A stretch of DNA of 64,000 nucleotides, from contig DACE01000031.1 in the NCBI GenBank assembly GCA_002494645.1, positions 7,471-71,470 on the forward strand. The letters run 5' to 3'. The position numbers and the translations under genes were made by a program. This document shows positions 62,564-64,000 of this stretch, in pieces. Within the stretch, counting starts at the first letter, position 1. Each line of letters opens with the position of its first letter. Under the pieces are notes generated by a model. The model had not been told where the DNA came from and ran no database searches. It worked only from the letters and a program-made list of their open reading frames with translations. The DNA is from Euryarchaeota archaeon UBA256 (GTDB lineage Archaea > Thermoplasmatota > Poseidoniia > Poseidoniales > Poseidoniaceae).

Positions 62564-64000
62564 ATGAAAGGACTAGCCATCACCATGGCGGGAGACATAC
62601 CCAAGGTCAATGTCGCTGCCCGCGACCGGATTCTGCTCCATCTGTTCGCTAATGTCGAATGGGCTGACCGCTACCTTGTCCCTGCAGCAATGACCCGCCC
62701 GGGAATCGCTGAAGCATGTGCTCAACACCCGCCAAACGTGAGTCGGACGATGCGGCAATTGCTCAAAGAGGAGCTTGTTGAAGAGCATACCAGAGCAGTA
62801 CAAGGCGATGAGCGACGGCAAAAAACATGGCAGTTGACTGGAGAGGGGCGTGAGGTCTCAAAGCAGCGCCATAACGAACTCTCGGCCACGAAGATTCTCC
62901 TGCGAAACGTCGATGGCGACTTGCTTGAAGTCAAAGCATCGGAGGCTTCTGAAGTTCTCAAAACCGAACTTACGTTGCTTCAAATTCTCCTTCACGCCCA
63001 ACACGAAGGCGTGCTCACCTACGGAGATATTCGCTTCGGCAACATTCGCAAACAGGGAACTGAAGACCAAGTTCCACCTCCAGGACGGTTGACGCCACTG
63101 GTCGGTGTTCATGCCACCTACGCCAATGCACCACCAGCAACGCGCCCGGTCTACGGGCGTGACGCAGAACTTGAAAAATTGAAGACTTGGTTTGCAGATC
63201 GTCACCCCTGCATGGTCATTCACGGCATTGCAGGTATTGGAAAGTCGACTCTCGTAGCGCATTGGCTGCACGAGCACATGAAAGACGACCCTTACCTTTC
63301 GGTGTGCTGGTATACCTGTCAGCCTTGGGACCGCGCGCTTGGACTTGCAACAAGTCTGCTGCACCGCTTTGGTATTGATGAATACCATGACCCCTACCAC
63401 ATCATCGATACGCTCCCTCTTTCACCAGGAGCGGAAATGGACGTTGATGCGTGGAGGCGTCGCTTGCTTGCCTACATGACCGATGCAAATACCATCCGGG
63501 AACGCTTCAAAGACCAGGTCGGAGGGCCTCCTCCATACTGGCTCATCGTGCTTGATGACATCCACCATGTCAGCGAACAAGCACGTCATCTTCTCGGCTC
63601 GTTGCTGCAAATTGCGCAAAATGCTCCACTTCGGGTGGTCTTCGTTTCTCGAACGGAGATGGATGTTTACGACCGAAGGGATGTTCACATCCGCGACAGA
63701 GTCCGAGAATTGCCCCTTACAGGCTTATCGTTGAAAGCCACGGAAACATGGCTTTCCACACTTGGAGACGACAGCAAACCATCTGCAGAAGAATTCCACG
63801 CTGCGACTGGCGGCCACCCTCTTGCAATGGAATTATTGGAACTGTACGGCCAACCAACACACAAAGACTGGTTGCGTTTCCTCGACGAAGAAATCCTGCT
63901 CCGCCTGCCCGAGGGCGAACGAGAACTTCTGGCCACCTTAGCGGTAGCACAAGCGCCAGTTCCTTGGGAGACGCTCGCAACAAGCGTCGGATGGAATGGC
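62564..64000 (+). CDS. N-terminal winged-helix + AAA_16/STAND-type P-loop NTPase (partial; runs off window end)
   Basis: The frame is open from ATG 62564 to 64000 (479 codons, checked codon by codon; absent from the ORF track). wHTH is RILLHLFAN...MTRPGIAEACAQHPPNVSRTMRQLLKEELVEE. VYGRDAELEKLKTWF is followed by Walker A VIHGIAGIGKSTL and Walker B YWLIVLDDIHH. ATGGHPLAMELL resembles the GxP motif of STAND/NB-ARC/AAA_16 proteins. Confidence 0.7.
   Translation, partial: MKGLAITMAGDIPKVNVAARDRILLHLFANVEWADRYLVPAAMTRPGIAEACAQHPPNVSRTMRQLLKEELVEEHTRAVQGDERRQKTWQLTGEGREVSKQRHNELSATKILLRNVDGDLLEVKASEASEVLKTELTLLQILLHAQHEGVLTYGDIRFGNIRKQGTEDQVPPPGRLTPLVGVHATYANAPPATRPVYGRDAELEKLKTWFADRHPCMVIHGIAGIGKSTLVAHWLHEHMKDDPYLSVCWYTCQPWDRALGLATSLLHRFGIDEYHDPYHIIDTLPLSPGAEMDVDAWRRRLLAYMTDANTIRERFKDQVGGPPPYWLIVLDDIHHVSEQARHLLGSLLQIAQNAPLRVVFVSRTEMDVYDRRDVHIRDRVRELPLTGLSLKATETWLSTLGDDSKPSAEEFHAATGGHPLAMELLELYGQPTHKDWLRFLDEEILLRLPEGERELLATLAVAQAPVPWETLATSVGWNG

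Overview
The window reads as a 64-kb stretch of archaeal chromosome. About 55 protein genes are tightly packed on both strands, with one tRNA. I found no rRNA, CRISPR array, transposase/IS element or prophage.

The archaeal assignment rests on family signatures read directly from the translations:
- Replication, repair and chromatin: PolD large subunit DP2, primase PriL, Hjc resolvase, XerA, chromatin protein MC1.
- Translation and transcription: the S13-S4-S11-RpoD block and archaeal-type LeuRS.
- Other archaeal markers: Sec61beta, DUF373, MptE-like kinase, pantoate-kinase-like GHMP kinase.

The organism also looks aerobic. It carries an aa3-type cytochrome oxidase operon (coxB-coxA-coxC-coxD-sco) with translationally coupled start/stop overlaps. 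Several very large secreted proteins are rich in N-glycosylation sequons and Ca-binding repeats, and each ends in a C-terminal TM anchor. Bacterial-looking genes are present too: a PlsC-type acyltransferase, a DAG-kinase-like lipid kinase and a fused RibD. This combination fits a marine Thermoplasmatota / Poseidoniales (MGII)-like archaeon best. That is inference only and cannot be verified here.

Two real genes run off the window edges and are absent from the supplied ORF track:
- minus strand 1..366, the N-terminus of a secreted protein;
- plus strand 62564..64000, a wHTH + AAA_16/STAND NTPase.

I see no clear-cut novel defence or mobile system. The most unusual observations are:
1. A neighbourhood of a giant WD40+TSP3 surface protein, a membrane-tethered double-wHTH protein and a divergent wHTH-STAND NTPase.
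2. A heavily elaborated oxidase operon: CoxI with an N-terminal extracellular domain plus an extra TM, CoxIII with a 4-TM His-rich extension, and Sco split by about 280 aa of inserted domains.
3. An archaeal homologue of the eukaryotic CDIN1/C15orf41 'TPD' nuclease.
4. A 32-bp palindrome with a UNCG-type loop between MC1 and xerA.
5. Short exact direct repeats upstream of the cox operon and upstream of leuS.

All family calls come from motif recognition by eye, and none has been checked against a database.
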